From Ardenticatenaceae bacterium (lineage in GTDB: Bacteria > Chloroflexota > Anaerolineae > Promineifilales > Promineifilaceae), in NCBI GenBank assembly GCA_020634245.1, contig JACKCC010000007.1, positions 484,555 through 548,554 on the forward strand: a DNA stretch of 64,000 bases, in the 5' to 3' direction. Shown here piece by piece: positions 36,613 to 46,211 of the stretch (position 1 is the first letter of the stretch; each line of letters begins with the position of its first letter). A program made the position numbers and the translations under genes. The notes beneath the pieces are model-generated. The model was given only the letters and a program-made list of their open reading frames with translations. It was not told where the DNA came from and ran no database searches.

Positions 36613-39330
36613 TTACAAGATTTTGTGCTGCCGGGCGGCGGCGATGGCCTGGGTGCGGTTGTTGACGTTGAGCTTACCGTACAGCGCCTTGACGTGGTAG
36701 CGTACTGTGTTCAGGGAAATAAACAGTTGGGCGGCAATCTCTTTGTATTTCAACCCGGCGGCCATTAGTTGCAGGACTTCCAGTTCCCGGTCGGACAGCG
36801 GTTCAATGAGGGGTAATTGAGCGGGGGCGTCTGGTGTTTGTAAGCGAGCAAAAGCGTCTAGAATGCGCCGTGCGTGGTTCATTAGCGTGTGTGCAAGCTG
36901 GTTTTGCCGGAGCAGATGGGCTAACGCTTCGGCCAGGCGCGGCCCTTGTTCCAGGAAGATGCCGATGAATCCTTCCGGTTCGGCTAATTCCAGGGCGCGG
37001 GCGTAATCGGCCCGGCTGGTTTCGTCGCTGCCCAGCATGGCGTGAAGTTGGGCGCGCAGCAAATAGGTTTCCAAAGCAATGGGGATTTGCTGCTCGTCAA
37101 GCGCAGTGCTAATCAAACGATTGGCCAGTTCGATACCGGCTTGTAGATTGTTTTGATCACGGCCGTTTCCCGCCTGATACAGCATAACACGCAAACCACT
37201 ATTGTATAACAGCCCCAATGAATGAGAGAGAGTGGAGAAATGCGGGTAATTGAATTGCCCCTGGAAAGAAAACCCAAGTCCTTGTAGGACCATCTTTGCT
37301 GCCGCAAGACGGTGGCGGGCCAGATAAAGATTCACTTGTTGGGCGGCTACTTCCTGCCGGATATACTCAGGCAGTTCAACCGGCAGCAGGTCAACGGCCG
37401 TTTGTATTTCCTGGGCGGCCGTTGCCAAATCGCCCTGAATTTGGGCCAGACGGGAGAGGGTCACGTGGGCAAAAATGACGCCTGTATTGTAGCCGCCTAA
37501 CCGACTCAAATGCAGCGAACGTTGAGTATGCCGCTGCGCCTCGTCCAGTTGATTCCATTGCAGGCAAACTTCGCCGAGCACGCCAAATACGACGGCGCTG
37601 ATAGGCGGCAGCGGACCGGATTGTTCTCCGCGTTTGTCAATGGCTTCGGCAATCTCAAAGGCAAAATGCAGATGCCCCTGTTCAAAGGCCATTATGGCCA
37701 GACTAATCGTGCTCATCATTTCGGCGACGAGATTGTTTGCTGCCCGGCTGTATTGAATGGCCAGCCGGTAAGTCTCTGCGGCGTGGGTGTAATCTTTCCG
37801 CAGCCAGCAAGCACTGGCCCAGGCATAATAAGCCAGACTGCGTACACGGCCGTTTTCTTCCAAGGCCATGTCCAATGCCCGTTTGGCCATCGCTTCACTG
37901 GCTGCCGGTTGACCCTGCATGTACAGCACCAGAGATTGCATAACCAGCCAATCGGCCTGAAGTGAGACGTCGACAGGCCCGGCTTGATTTTCGTCCAGGG
38001 TTTCGCGCAGGCGTTCCAGATATGGGGCCGCCTGGGCGTATGCGCCGCCCAGCAAGTACATCCAGGCCAGGGCCAGGTGGGTGCGCGGACTTTGCGACTG
38101 CCACTGTTGAGGAATGGCATCCATCCAACCATTTACCGTTTTGATATACCCCTGCATGATCATCTGCATGGCGTGGTTTTCGAGCAGAGCAACGGCCGTT
38201 CCATAATCTTCGGCGGTCAGTGCGTGGTGGATGGCCGGACTGGTCATGTTTTCCTGGGCGTACCATTGGCTGGCGCGTTGGTGCAGAACGGCCGTTTCCT
38301 CCTTTCCCAGCGCAATTTGGCGATCCCGCAGCAAATCGGCAAACAGATGGTGATAGCGGTACCACTGCCCGGCGTCATCCAGGGGAATGAGGAACAAGTT
38401 AGCCTTGAACAGGCGCTCTAGCAGGAAACGGCCGTTTGTCCGGCCGGTAACTGCATCACACAAATCGCCGTTCAGCCTGTCCAGCACCGCCGTTTGGAGC
38501 AAAAACTGCCGTACATCTCCCGGCTGCTGGTCGAGGACTTGTTCGGTCAGGTAACTCAGAATAAACCGGTGGCTGCCGCTTAGAGCAGCGATAAAACCAG
38601 ATGGATTTTTCCTGTCTCGAATAGATAAACCGGCCAACTGCAATCCGACAATCCAGCCTTCTGTTTTGTTTTCCAATGCGATTATATCGGCCGGGGAGAG
38701 GGATAAGCCCATCGCCTCATTCAGGAATTGGTTGGCATCCAGGCCGGTAAATCGCAAATCGCGCGCCCGAATCTCGGTTAGTTGGTTGTTGGCCCGCAGC
38801 CGGGCCAGAGGCAGCAAGGGGTCCTCGCGCGTTAGCAGCACTAGATGCAGTGGTTGGGGCAGATTGGTTACCAGGTTTTCCATAACCTGGAGAATGAAGG
38901 GGTCCTGGATAACGTGAAAATCATCCACAATCAGCAAAAAGCGGGTTTCGGCGGCCAAAATGTCGTTGATAAGGATTGTGCTGATGATTTCGCTGGGCGG
39001 TAACTGCCCCGAGTGCAGCACGTCGGCAATCTCTTGGCCCAGTTCCGGTTTTATTTTTTGCAGGGCGGCGATGAAATAGGTGAAAAATCGGCCCGGATCA
39101 TCATCGGCGGAGTCCAGTGAGAGCCAGGAAACTGGCCAGTTTTCTAGTGTGTCAAGCCATTGGCTGACGCATGTCGTTTTACCAAATCCGGCCGGCGCCG
39201 ATATGAGGGTAATTGGCCGGTTGCGCACCAGCCCTTCGGTTAATTGTTGGCTAAGGCGGGGGCGTTGCACTCGTTTGGCAGGGAGGGTGGGGCGATGAAA
39301 TTTTGTGGCCAGCAGGTTTGATTTCAGCAC
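36613..39330 (-). CDS. MalT-like LuxR-family transcriptional activator (AAA/NB-ARC ATPase, TPR-like region and C-terminal LuxR HTH)
   Basis: Walker A APAGFGKTT near the N-terminus. The C-terminus carries LSDRELEVLQLMAAGLKYKEIAAQLFISLNTVRYHVKALYGKL, a LuxR HTH. 905 aa. Confidence 0.8.
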   Translation of the reverse strand: MLKSNLLATKFHRPTLPAKRVQRPRLSQQLTEGLVRNRPITLISAPAGFGKTTCVSQWLDTLENWPVSWLSLDSADDDPGRFFTYFIAALQKIKPELGQEIADVLHSGQLPPSEIISTILINDILAAETRFLLIVDDFHVIQDPFILQVMENLVTNLPQPLHLVLLTREDPLLPLARLRANNQLTEIRARDLRFTGLDANQFLNEAMGLSLSPADIIALENKTEGWIVGLQLAGLSIRDRKNPSGFIAALSGSHRFILSYLTEQVLDQQPGDVRQFLLQTAVLDRLNGDLCDAVTGRTNGRFLLERLFKANLFLIPLDDAGQWYRYHHLFADLLRDRQIALGKEETAVLHQRASQWYAQENMTSPAIHHALTAEDYGTAVALLENHAMQMIMQGYIKTVNGWMDAIPQQWQSQSPRTHLALAWMYLLGGAYAQAAPYLERLRETLDENQAGPVDVSLQADWLVMQSLVLYMQGQPAASEAMAKRALDMALEENGRVRSLAYYAWASACWLRKDYTHAAETYRLAIQYSRAANNLVAEMMSTISLAIMAFEQGHLHFAFEIAEAIDKRGEQSGPLPPISAVVFGVLGEVCLQWNQLDEAQRHTQRSLHLSRLGGYNTGVIFAHVTLSRLAQIQGDLATAAQEIQTAVDLLPVELPEYIRQEVAAQQVNLYLARHRLAAAKMVLQGLGFSFQGQFNYPHFSTLSHSLGLLYNSGLRVMLYQAGNGRDQNNLQAGIELANRLISTALDEQQIPIALETYLLRAQLHAMLGSDETSRADYARALELAEPEGFIGIFLEQGPRLAEALAHLLRQNQLAHTLMNHARRILDAFARLQTPDAPAQLPLIEPLSDRELEVLQLMAAGLKYKEIAAQLFISLNTVRYHVKALYGKLNVNNRTQAIAAARQHKIL

Positions 39331-39375
39331 ATCTCTGGTTCCAAATGCGGCTCCTATCGGTTTTGGCAGCGAAAC

Positions 39376-40137
39376 TCAGGGTATGATAAATGTGGATTGG
39401 GTGTTGCCGTCGGCGCCGCGCAGCAGGGCATGTTCGCCGGATTCCCACACGGCCGTTTCCAAACCCCAATATTGATCGGCTGGCCCATTTTGGCCGGCTT
39501 CGGTATGCACCTGGATGGCAGCTCCATCACCGAACAGTGTCACCTGGCCAAACTTGAACACGTGGCCGTTTTCATCGGCCAGTTCCCAGCCTTGCAGGGC
39601 GATTTGTCCGCTGCCAAAGTTGGCGATTTGGACGGCTTCTTCGGTCAGGCTGCCGACGCCGGTAACGGTCGTAATCACTACATTAACTTCCCCGCTCACC
39701 AATTCTTCGGTGGGGATGGGGCTGGGCAAAATGTCAGCAGCCGGTTCGGTTGGAATAGGGGTTGCCGTAGCCAATCCGCCTATGGGAATGATCAGTTCTT
39801 GGCCGACCGATAAGATGTTGGGATCTGTCAGGTTATTGGCGGCCATTAAATCTTCCAGTGACACATCGTAAAAGGTACTCAGGTTGCCCAAAGTATCGCC
39901 CGCTTTGACTACGTGAATAACGGGGCCTTCGTCTTCTTCCGGTTCCGGTGTATTTGTCGCCGCTTCAACAGGGATGTTGGTTGCAAGGGGAATAGAGGAG
40001 GGGGGAACGGCCGTTGCCCCTGGGTCTGCCGCAGTCGTCTGACCGCGATTATCCCACCAATACAAAATAGCCAGCATCGTCATGGCCGAAACCAGGACAT
40101 TGAGCAATAAAAAGGGTAACATGCGACGAAATGACAT
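39376..40137 (-). CDS. LysM domain protein with an N-terminal TM helix and a C-terminal lamin-tail-like domain
   Basis: HVVKAGDTLGNLSTFYDVSLEDLMAANNL...VGQELIIP is a LysM. AGGAG RBS. Confidence 0.65.
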   Translation of the reverse strand: MSFRRMLPFLLLNVLVSAMTMLAILYWWDNRGQTTAADPGATAVPPSSIPLATNIPVEAATNTPEPEEDEGPVIHVVKAGDTLGNLSTFYDVSLEDLMAANNLTDPNILSVGQELIIPIGGLATATPIPTEPAADILPSPIPTEELVSGEVNVVITTVTGVGSLTEEAVQIANFGSGQIALQGWELADENGHVFKFGQVTLFGDGAAIQVHTEAGQNGPADQYWGLETAVWESGEHALLRGADGNTQSTFIIP

Positions 40138-40337
40138 GATTTTCTCCTGAGTGCGCGTATTGTACATCAGCGGCCAAGGGCGTCAAAGCCCGTAGATTGG
40201 CCGACTCTGAAAATCAATTTGAATAACCGGACAAGATCATAGACAATAAAAGGCGAAATAAATCGATTCGTGGATCTGGCAAGTCAGCCTATAATCGGCA
40301 GAAAATGTGTCAGGTTTTAAGACAAGGTGAAGTAACA

Positions 40338-41786
40338 ATGGCCGAACCACTTAAAATATTATTCCTCAGTGCAGAAGTCGCGCCTTTTGCCAAGACGGGC
40401 GGTCTGGGTGACATTGGCGGCTCCCTTCCCAAAGCACTGAGAGCATTGGGACATGATGTGCGGGTAATGATGCCCGCTTACAAAAACATCGAGTCGGGGT
40501 ATCCTGGTGTGGAATCTATTCCTATTCGGCTGGATGTGCCGACAAACTTCGGTGATATTCCGGCCGGTGTATTTCAGGGTACGCTGCCTGACAGCGATGT
40601 CCCTGTTTATTTCGTTGCTGAATGGCACCTGTTCAACCGGCCTACATTGTATGGCTATTGGGACGATCCTTATCGTTTTGCCTTTTTTAGCCGGGCGGCG
40701 CTGGAACTGACGGTCAAGTTGAACTGGAAGCCGGATGTGCTGCATGCTCACGATTGGCATACCGCCCCGGCCATCACCTGGCTCTCCACGGCCGGGCAGG
40801 GTTACGAACATTTCCGGGGCATCCCCAGCGTTTTCACCATTCACAATCTGGCGCATCAGGGCAAGGTTAACTGGGAGATTTTTGATTATTTGGGTATTCA
40901 GACCCATTCACTGGTGGAAGAAGCGTACGGTGAAGTCAATTTTATGGCGCGTGGCATCTACCATGCCACGATGGTGAACACGGTCAGCCCCACGTATGCG
41001 CGGGAAATCACGACAAAAGAGGGCGGCGCTGGTATGGATGCGCTGCTGCGCCATCGTCAGTATGATTTGCATGGCATTTTGAATGGGCTGGATTATGATG
41101 CCTGGAATCCGGCAGTGGATAAGCGGCTGGCGGCCAGTTTTAGTGTGGATGATATGAACGGCCGTCTTCATAACCGGCGTGTGCTGCAAGAACGTTCCAA
41201 TCTGCCGGTACGCGATGACATTCCCATCGTGGCTATGGTTTCCCGGCTGGACTGGCAAAAAGGGCTGGACATCACCGGCCACGTCATTCATTTGCTTATG
41301 AATGGCTTCTCTGGCGAGGCGCAGTTCATCGTTTTGGGCACAGGCGAGCATCATTACGAGCAGATGTTTGCCCAACTGGCCGGCTATCATCACGGCAAAA
41401 TGGCCGCTTTCCTTGATTACAACGCCGGTTTTGCCCCGCTCATTTACGGTGGCAGCGATATTTTCATTATGCCCTCGTTGTTTGAACCGTGCGGACTGGG
41501 GCAGATGATTGCCATGCGCTATGGCAGTGTACCCGTCGTGCGGGCCACCGGCGGCCTGGCCGATACGGTGCAGGACACCATCAATGGCTTTACCTTCCAG
41601 GATTATAGCACCGATGCGTTCTGGAATGCTTTGCAGCGAGCCATTTACATTTACAACGTGGACAAAAAGAGCTGGCAGGCTATTCAGCGCAACGGCATGC
41701 TGGCCGATTTTTCCTGGGAGAAGTCGGGACTGGGTTACCAGCAGGTATATGAATGGGCGCTGGCCCGCGCAGCCAGCGGTGGTTAA
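40338..41786 (+). CDS. glgA: Glycogen synthase (GT5)
   Basis: ILFLSAEVAPFAKTGGLGDIGGSLP is the GlgA K-T-G-G-L motif. Confidence 0.85.
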   Translation: MAEPLKILFLSAEVAPFAKTGGLGDIGGSLPKALRALGHDVRVMMPAYKNIESGYPGVESIPIRLDVPTNFGDIPAGVFQGTLPDSDVPVYFVAEWHLFNRPTLYGYWDDPYRFAFFSRAALELTVKLNWKPDVLHAHDWHTAPAITWLSTAGQGYEHFRGIPSVFTIHNLAHQGKVNWEIFDYLGIQTHSLVEEAYGEVNFMARGIYHATMVNTVSPTYAREITTKEGGAGMDALLRHRQYDLHGILNGLDYDAWNPAVDKRLAASFSVDDMNGRLHNRRVLQERSNLPVRDDIPIVAMVSRLDWQKGLDITGHVIHLLMNGFSGEAQFIVLGTGEHHYEQMFAQLAGYHHGKMAAFLDYNAGFAPLIYGGSDIFIMPSLFEPCGLGQMIAMRYGSVPVVRATGGLADTVQDTINGFTFQDYSTDAFWNALQRAIYIYNVDKKSWQAIQRNGMLADFSWEKSGLGYQQVYEWALARAASGG

Positions 41787-41850
41787 AAAAGAGCCTGTCA
41801 CTCCTCAAGTGGTAGGCTTTTTGATCGGGCTGATAAACGGATATCATAAA

Positions 41851-41930
41851 ACTTTCCGGAAGCTAAGTTGGGTCATTTTTGACTTCGTTTAACTCATTTA
41901 GTCTCATCTATTTGTCAGCTTCCGGAAAGT
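41851..41930. repeat. TTCC(C)GGAA composite palindrome, copy d
   Basis: ACTTTCCGGAAGCT ...52 nt... AGCTTCCGGAAAGT. Confidence 0.55.
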
Positions 41931-42001
41931 TGATACCCTGTTTTTGAAAGCCAGCGCATTTGACATTTACTAGCCGGTATGGGAGAATTCTCGCTGGTTA
42001 T

Positions 42002-42073
42002 GCCCCCGTAGCTCAGAGGATAGAGCGTCGGCCTCCGAAGCCGGAAGCCCAGGTTCGAGTCCTGGCGGGGGCA
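42002..42073 (+). tRNA. tRNA-Arg (anticodon CCG)
   Basis: Cloverleaf with acceptor GCCCCCG/CGGGGGC, D-arm GCTCagaggatAGAGC and anticodon loop cuCCGaa. The T-arm is GGTTCGAGTCC. CCA is not encoded. A T-run follows. Confidence 0.85.
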
Positions 42074-42087
42074 TTTTTTGTTGCCTG

Positions 42088-42501
42088 TTAGCCCTGGCTG
42101 TCGGGGGCGATGGGCGGCGTGGGCCAGGGTGTTGGGGCTGGCGGCGGCGGGATGAGTTCTTGTGGTGGTGGCGGCGCAATCAGTAATGGTGGATTAGCGA
42201 TGGGGAGACTGTGTTCGGAGTTAACGGCCGTTTCCACAGTCACTCCGGCCATATTTGTGTCTGAACGATTCCCTGATGGCCCACTTTGCATATTGAACAA
42301 GAAAATAGCCACAATCAGCATCATCACCGCGACAACTCCCATCAAGTAGGAGACAACTTTGGGAAATCGCCGGCCTTTAAGCTCTTTGCCTTGTTTAGGC
42401 TCCGGCCGTTCTTCAAGCGGGGCTATGGTTTGTTCGTATTCCTCGCGCAAGGCCAGCATGGCCTGGTCTAAATCTTGCTGCGGCTTCTTTTTATCACTCA
42501 T
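42088..42501 (-). CDS. Hypothetical single-TM protein with a Pro-rich C-terminus
   Basis: 137-aa ORF immediately downstream of the Flp-like repeat protein, with a 13-bp gap. Confidence 0.5.
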   Translation of the reverse strand: MSDKKKPQQDLDQAMLALREEYEQTIAPLEERPEPKQGKELKGRRFPKVVSYLMGVVAVMMLIVAIFLFNMQSGPSGNRSDTNMAGVTVETAVNSEHSLPIANPPLLIAPPPPQELIPPPPAPTPWPTPPIAPDSQG

Positions 42502-42514
42502 TTGATTTCCCTTA

Positions 42515-43684
42515 TTATTTCAGCGTAATGGTTGTACTGCTGCCGGCGGCGGTGTTGAAAACGGCTGACCAGAAGGAATGACTTTTATAATCAGCCCGAA
42601 ACTGATAGCTGCCGCGAGGCAGATCAAAGGTGACGCTGCCCTGGTTATCGGTTTTACCATACAAACCAAAATAGCTGCCATTGTCGGTAAACGCGTAAAC
42701 CCAGATGTTTTTAACAGGTCTCCCATCGTCATCAACAACGTTAACGGCGAACGGCCGTTCTTCTGTTTTAATGACGGCCGTATCCGTGCCCGGAACGGTT
42801 ACCTTTTCCGACCAGTATTCATTGCCCCGGTAATCGACACGGAATTGATAGGTTCCGGCGGGGACATCCAGGCGGGCACGGCCGTTGCCATTTGTCCGGT
42901 CATAAATACCGGTATAGCTGCCATCTTCCGTATAGCCATAAACCGCTAGATTGCTTTCTTTGATGCCTTTGCCGGCATCATCGACGACAGTGACATCGAT
43001 GGTGTATTGGCGGATTTCGATGGTAGTGGCATTTTGGGCTGGCGAATTAACGGCCGGTGACCAGTACCACTGTCCGTTGACGTAGGCCCGGAATTTGTAG
43101 TCACCATCAGGCAGTTCGAGCACGATCTGGCCATTGTTATCGGTGCGGCCGTACACACCTGACCAATATTGCTCATCGGCCGTATAGGCATAGACATAAA
43201 CATTGGTCATCCCCCTGCCTTTTTCGTCCACAACCGTGACAGTGAAATCCTGAACATTCATCCTGATGCTGGTTTGATTTTGCTGTGGGAAATTAAGATA
43301 TTCAGACCAATAGAAATGTGGATTTTTGTAGGCCAGGAAATGGTAAACACCCTTTTGCATTCCTTCAAAAAGAGCAGCGCCTTCGTTATCGGTAATTCCA
43401 TAAAGGCCCAGCCAGTTTCCATCGCCATCAAAGGCATATACGTAAATGTCAGCTGCACCCTGGTTGCCATTGTCCAAGACGGTTACTTTTATCGTGTCGG
43501 ATGGCAAATCATTATCGGATAAGCCGAAAGCCTGGTTAATACGGGTCAAAACATCTTGCGTATCCGCCCCAATCACCGCTAAAATTAAAACGGTCGCGGC
43601 AACGACCAATGTTAGAATCAGAGCATATTCCGTTAAACCTTGTCCACAGTTTTTTAGATCTGTTCTTTTGTGTGAATTGTCCAT
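42515..43684 (-). CDS. Flp-type prepilin-like N-terminus fused to four tandem CarboxypepD_reg-like (prealbumin-fold) repeats
   Basis: N-terminal GQGLTEYALILTLVVAATVLIL is nearly identical to the small Flp pilin at 12388. It is followed by four ~85-aa repeats of the type V.VVD..G.P......YVYA.T.DG.Y.G.YG.TDN.G. Confidence 0.6.
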   Translation of the reverse strand: MDNSHKRTDLKNCGQGLTEYALILTLVVAATVLILAVIGADTQDVLTRINQAFGLSDNDLPSDTIKVTVLDNGNQGAADIYVYAFDGDGNWLGLYGITDNEGAALFEGMQKGVYHFLAYKNPHFYWSEYLNFPQQNQTSIRMNVQDFTVTVVDEKGRGMTNVYVYAYTADEQYWSGVYGRTDNNGQIVLELPDGDYKFRAYVNGQWYWSPAVNSPAQNATTIEIRQYTIDVTVVDDAGKGIKESNLAVYGYTEDGSYTGIYDRTNGNGRARLDVPAGTYQFRVDYRGNEYWSEKVTVPGTDTAVIKTEERPFAVNVVDDDGRPVKNIWVYAFTDNGSYFGLYGKTDNQGSVTFDLPRGSYQFRADYKSHSFWSAVFNTAAGSSTTITLK

Positions 43685-44071
43685 AGCAGTTTGCCTCATC
43701 CATAAGATGGCAACTGGAAAATCTTTAGCTGCCTGTCTATCATTTGTCTATTGGACTATAACATTGAAGAGGGGGAAAAATCTGTAGGAATTTAAGGCCA
43801 GTGGGTAAAAACCCGTATGCATACAGTAGTGCTCCAGTACCCGTATTCAGTAATCCGTGTCCCGTAATTCGAAGGCGTCATCTCTGAAAAACATGTCAGA
43901 TTACGGTATACGGGCATCGGGTTAAGGGTTTGAGTCACAAAAAAGGAGACGTCCCCTATAAGGAGCCTCTCCTTTTGGTCATGGTAAAATGGCAGTATGG
44001 TTAAAGATGGTCCCCCTCTTGGGTGTTGCCGGGTAAAATAACCCAATTAACACCAAACAGGAGAGGGGTCA

Positions 44072-44542
44072 ATGAATCAATTAGCCAATGTTGGCGATTT
44101 TTGTCCAAATGAAGCCTGCCCGGATTATGGTAAGCTTCAGAAAAAACAGTCAAAACAGAACATTAAAAAACATGGTTTCACGGCAACCGGCATACAGCGC
44201 TTCCAATGCCGGACTTGTGGTCAGACATTTACGGCTACGAAAGGAACGCCCTTCTACCGGCGGCGGACAGATTCCGAAGAAATCTTGGAAACCCTGGCCT
44301 TCCTAGCCGAAGGTGTTCGGATCAGCACTCTGGCTCGCGTTCAAGGCCATAAAGAAGACACCATTCTGGCGTGGCTCAAAGATGCAGCAACTCATGTCGC
44401 TGAAATCGAATCCGTTTTGTTGGCCAACTACCAACTGGAACGGGGTCAACTGGATGCGATGTGGAGTTACGTGGCGCACAAAGGTGAAAAAAAGGCTATC
44501 CCGAGACAGAAGAACAAGGGCAGTTCTGGCGAGCGACCATGA
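44072..44542 (+). CDS. insA: IS1 InsA-like protein
   Basis: See the mobile element entry. Confidence 0.65.
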   Translation: MNQLANVGDFCPNEACPDYGKLQKKQSKQNIKKHGFTATGIQRFQCRTCGQTFTATKGTPFYRRRTDSEEILETLAFLAEGVRISTLARVQGHKEDTILAWLKDAATHVAEIESVLLANYQLERGQLDAMWSYVAHKGEKKAIPRQKNKGSSGERP

Positions 44543-45174
44543 TTGACAGTGATACCCGGCTCCGCGTCGCCAGCGGCATTGCCAAGACCGAAACGGAAGC
44601 GTCGCAGATTGTATTCACAATGCTCAAGCAGCGGGGTCATCCTGACAAGCCGCCACCGACTATCTCCGATGGTTGGGGCGGCATCCGGGAAGCGATGGTT
44701 GAAGTGTACGGTCAAGTGCCGCCCTATTCAGGGCGTGGTCGCCCACCAACGCTTAAGCAGCCAGGCGAGGATTGGCAATATCTGCAAATGGTCAAGCAAC
44801 GGGAAAACGGTCGGGTCATAGGGACTGAATTACGGGTCATTTACGGTGATGAAACGGAAGTGCTGGCCTTGTTAGGCAAGAGCACCAGTTATATTGAGCG
44901 CTCCAACTTAACCAGTCGTCATTTCAACAGCCGCTTAACCCGGAAAACATTGGCCTTTTCCAAAACCATCGCGATGCATCAGGCGGCAGCAACGCTGGAA
45001 GATGCCTACTACAATCTGGTACGGCCACACAAAACACTGCGTCAGGAGGTCGTTGCCCAAGGCCGTCGTTGGTTACCGCGAACACCGGCCATGGCCTCTG
45101 CTTTGACTGAGCATATTTGGACTGTTAAAGAACTATTTTCAAACATCCCAGTCCCCATCGTTAACAACACTTAA
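44539..45174 (+). CDS. insB: IS1 InsB-like transposase, probably expressed as an InsAB' fusion by -1 frameshift
   Basis: See the mobile element entry. Confidence 0.6.
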   Translation: MIDSDTRLRVASGIAKTETEASQIVFTMLKQRGHPDKPPPTISDGWGGIREAMVEVYGQVPPYSGRGRPPTLKQPGEDWQYLQMVKQRENGRVIGTELRVIYGDETEVLALLGKSTSYIERSNLTSRHFNSRLTRKTLAFSKTIAMHQAAATLEDAYYNLVRPHKTLRQEVVAQGRRWLPRTPAMASALTEHIWTVKELFSNIPVPIVNNT

Positions 45175-45190
45175 CGGGGAGACTATCTGG

Positions 45191-46147
45191 TTAAATTGAG
45201 GCGATGAATGTGTGACCGGTCATGCCTGTAGATACGGTAAAGAGACTGGTCAGCCAGACCCGGCGGATGGTGAGGAGGGGGGATATGGCGGCATGTTCGT
45301 TGCGTGATAACGGCCGTTCCGAGTAATACCCCGCAAAAAAGGCCTCCGACTGCTCCTCTGACCGGTGCATTAAATTGGTGTTAAGCAAAAAGGCGGCGAT
45401 GTCATACGCCCGCCAGCCAGGCCCGCATAAATCGAAATTAAAGAAGGTTGGGATACCGTTCTTGTCAAAGCGGACGCTGGCATTGTGGAAATCACCGCCA
45501 ATCGGGCCCCAACTGTCTGGCGTTTCTTCTTCGTTGTGCAGTAAAGCCAACATTTCCTCTTTGGCTTCCTGTGCAGATGTGATGACCAGGTCTAAATCAT
45601 CTTTGCGGCTCTTGTCCCACAACCGTTTGATTCGTTCCACCGATTTATCGACTAAGTATTCCAGGTTCATGGGCTGCCGCTGGTAAGGGCTTTTGTATTG
45701 ATTGGAAACAACATGAATCCGGGCTATGGCTGCGCCACATTGATAAAGTTGTTCAGCGTTATCTAACGACATTACCTGGCCAGGGGCAAAACTGAACAAG
45801 GCATAATAGCGCAGACCTTCCGGCGCATCGACGCTGCCCAGAAAACGGCCGTCACGCCGGGCCAGCGGGTAAGACACAGAAACGTCGTTCGCTTTCAAAA
45901 AGTTAAGCCAATCCAGTTCGTACAAATAATCCGATTCTTCCCGGCCCAGCGGGGTTCCCAACTGGTAGATGCGGGCAACGTACCTGGTGTTGTCGGCCGT
46001 ACGAACCAGGTAATGATCATTATCCTGGGTACGCACCATTTTGCTGAACAATTGGCAGCTTACTGGCCCCAGGTCGTATTCGTTGGTAATGACTTCGGCC
46101 AGCGCATCACTGTCGATAAATGAGCGGGCTACACGTATTTGAGTCAC
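45191..46147 (-). CDS. Aminoglycoside/homoserine-kinase-type phosphotransferase (APH family)
   Basis: GPIGGDFHNASVRFDKNG is a Brenner motif-like catalytic loop. The IS1 element ends 16 bp beyond its stop codon. Confidence 0.6.
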   Translation of the reverse strand: MTQIRVARSFIDSDALAEVITNEYDLGPVSCQLFSKMVRTQDNDHYLVRTADNTRYVARIYQLGTPLGREESDYLYELDWLNFLKANDVSVSYPLARRDGRFLGSVDAPEGLRYYALFSFAPGQVMSLDNAEQLYQCGAAIARIHVVSNQYKSPYQRQPMNLEYLVDKSVERIKRLWDKSRKDDLDLVITSAQEAKEEMLALLHNEEETPDSWGPIGGDFHNASVRFDKNGIPTFFNFDLCGPGWRAYDIAAFLLNTNLMHRSEEQSEAFFAGYYSERPLSRNEHAAISPLLTIRRVWLTSLFTVSTGMTGHTFIASI

Positions 46148-46211
46148 AGTCAGGCCTCCTTCGGCAAATTCGCATCAATTATGGTGTTTTTTTGCCGATT
46201 GGCAACGTTCA

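Larger units (their letters stand above)
44072..45174 (+). mobile_element. IS1-family insertion sequence (insA plus insB with an A7 frameshift site)
   Basis: ORFA (44072..44542) has a zinc finger CPNEAC...CRTCGQTF plus HTH. ORFB (44539..45174) is DDE transposase-like. The slippery GAAAAAAAG lies at ~44483-44491 near the 3' end of ORFA. Terminal inverted repeats were not resolved by eye. Confidence 0.7.

Noticed and set aside
43980-45200. Terminal inverted repeats of the IS1 element
   Set aside because: By-eye comparison of the ~60 bp flanking the insA start and insB stop found only weak similarity (TTAACA...GGAGAGGGG vs TTAACAACACTTAACGGGGAGAC). The ends are therefore left undefined rather than asserted.
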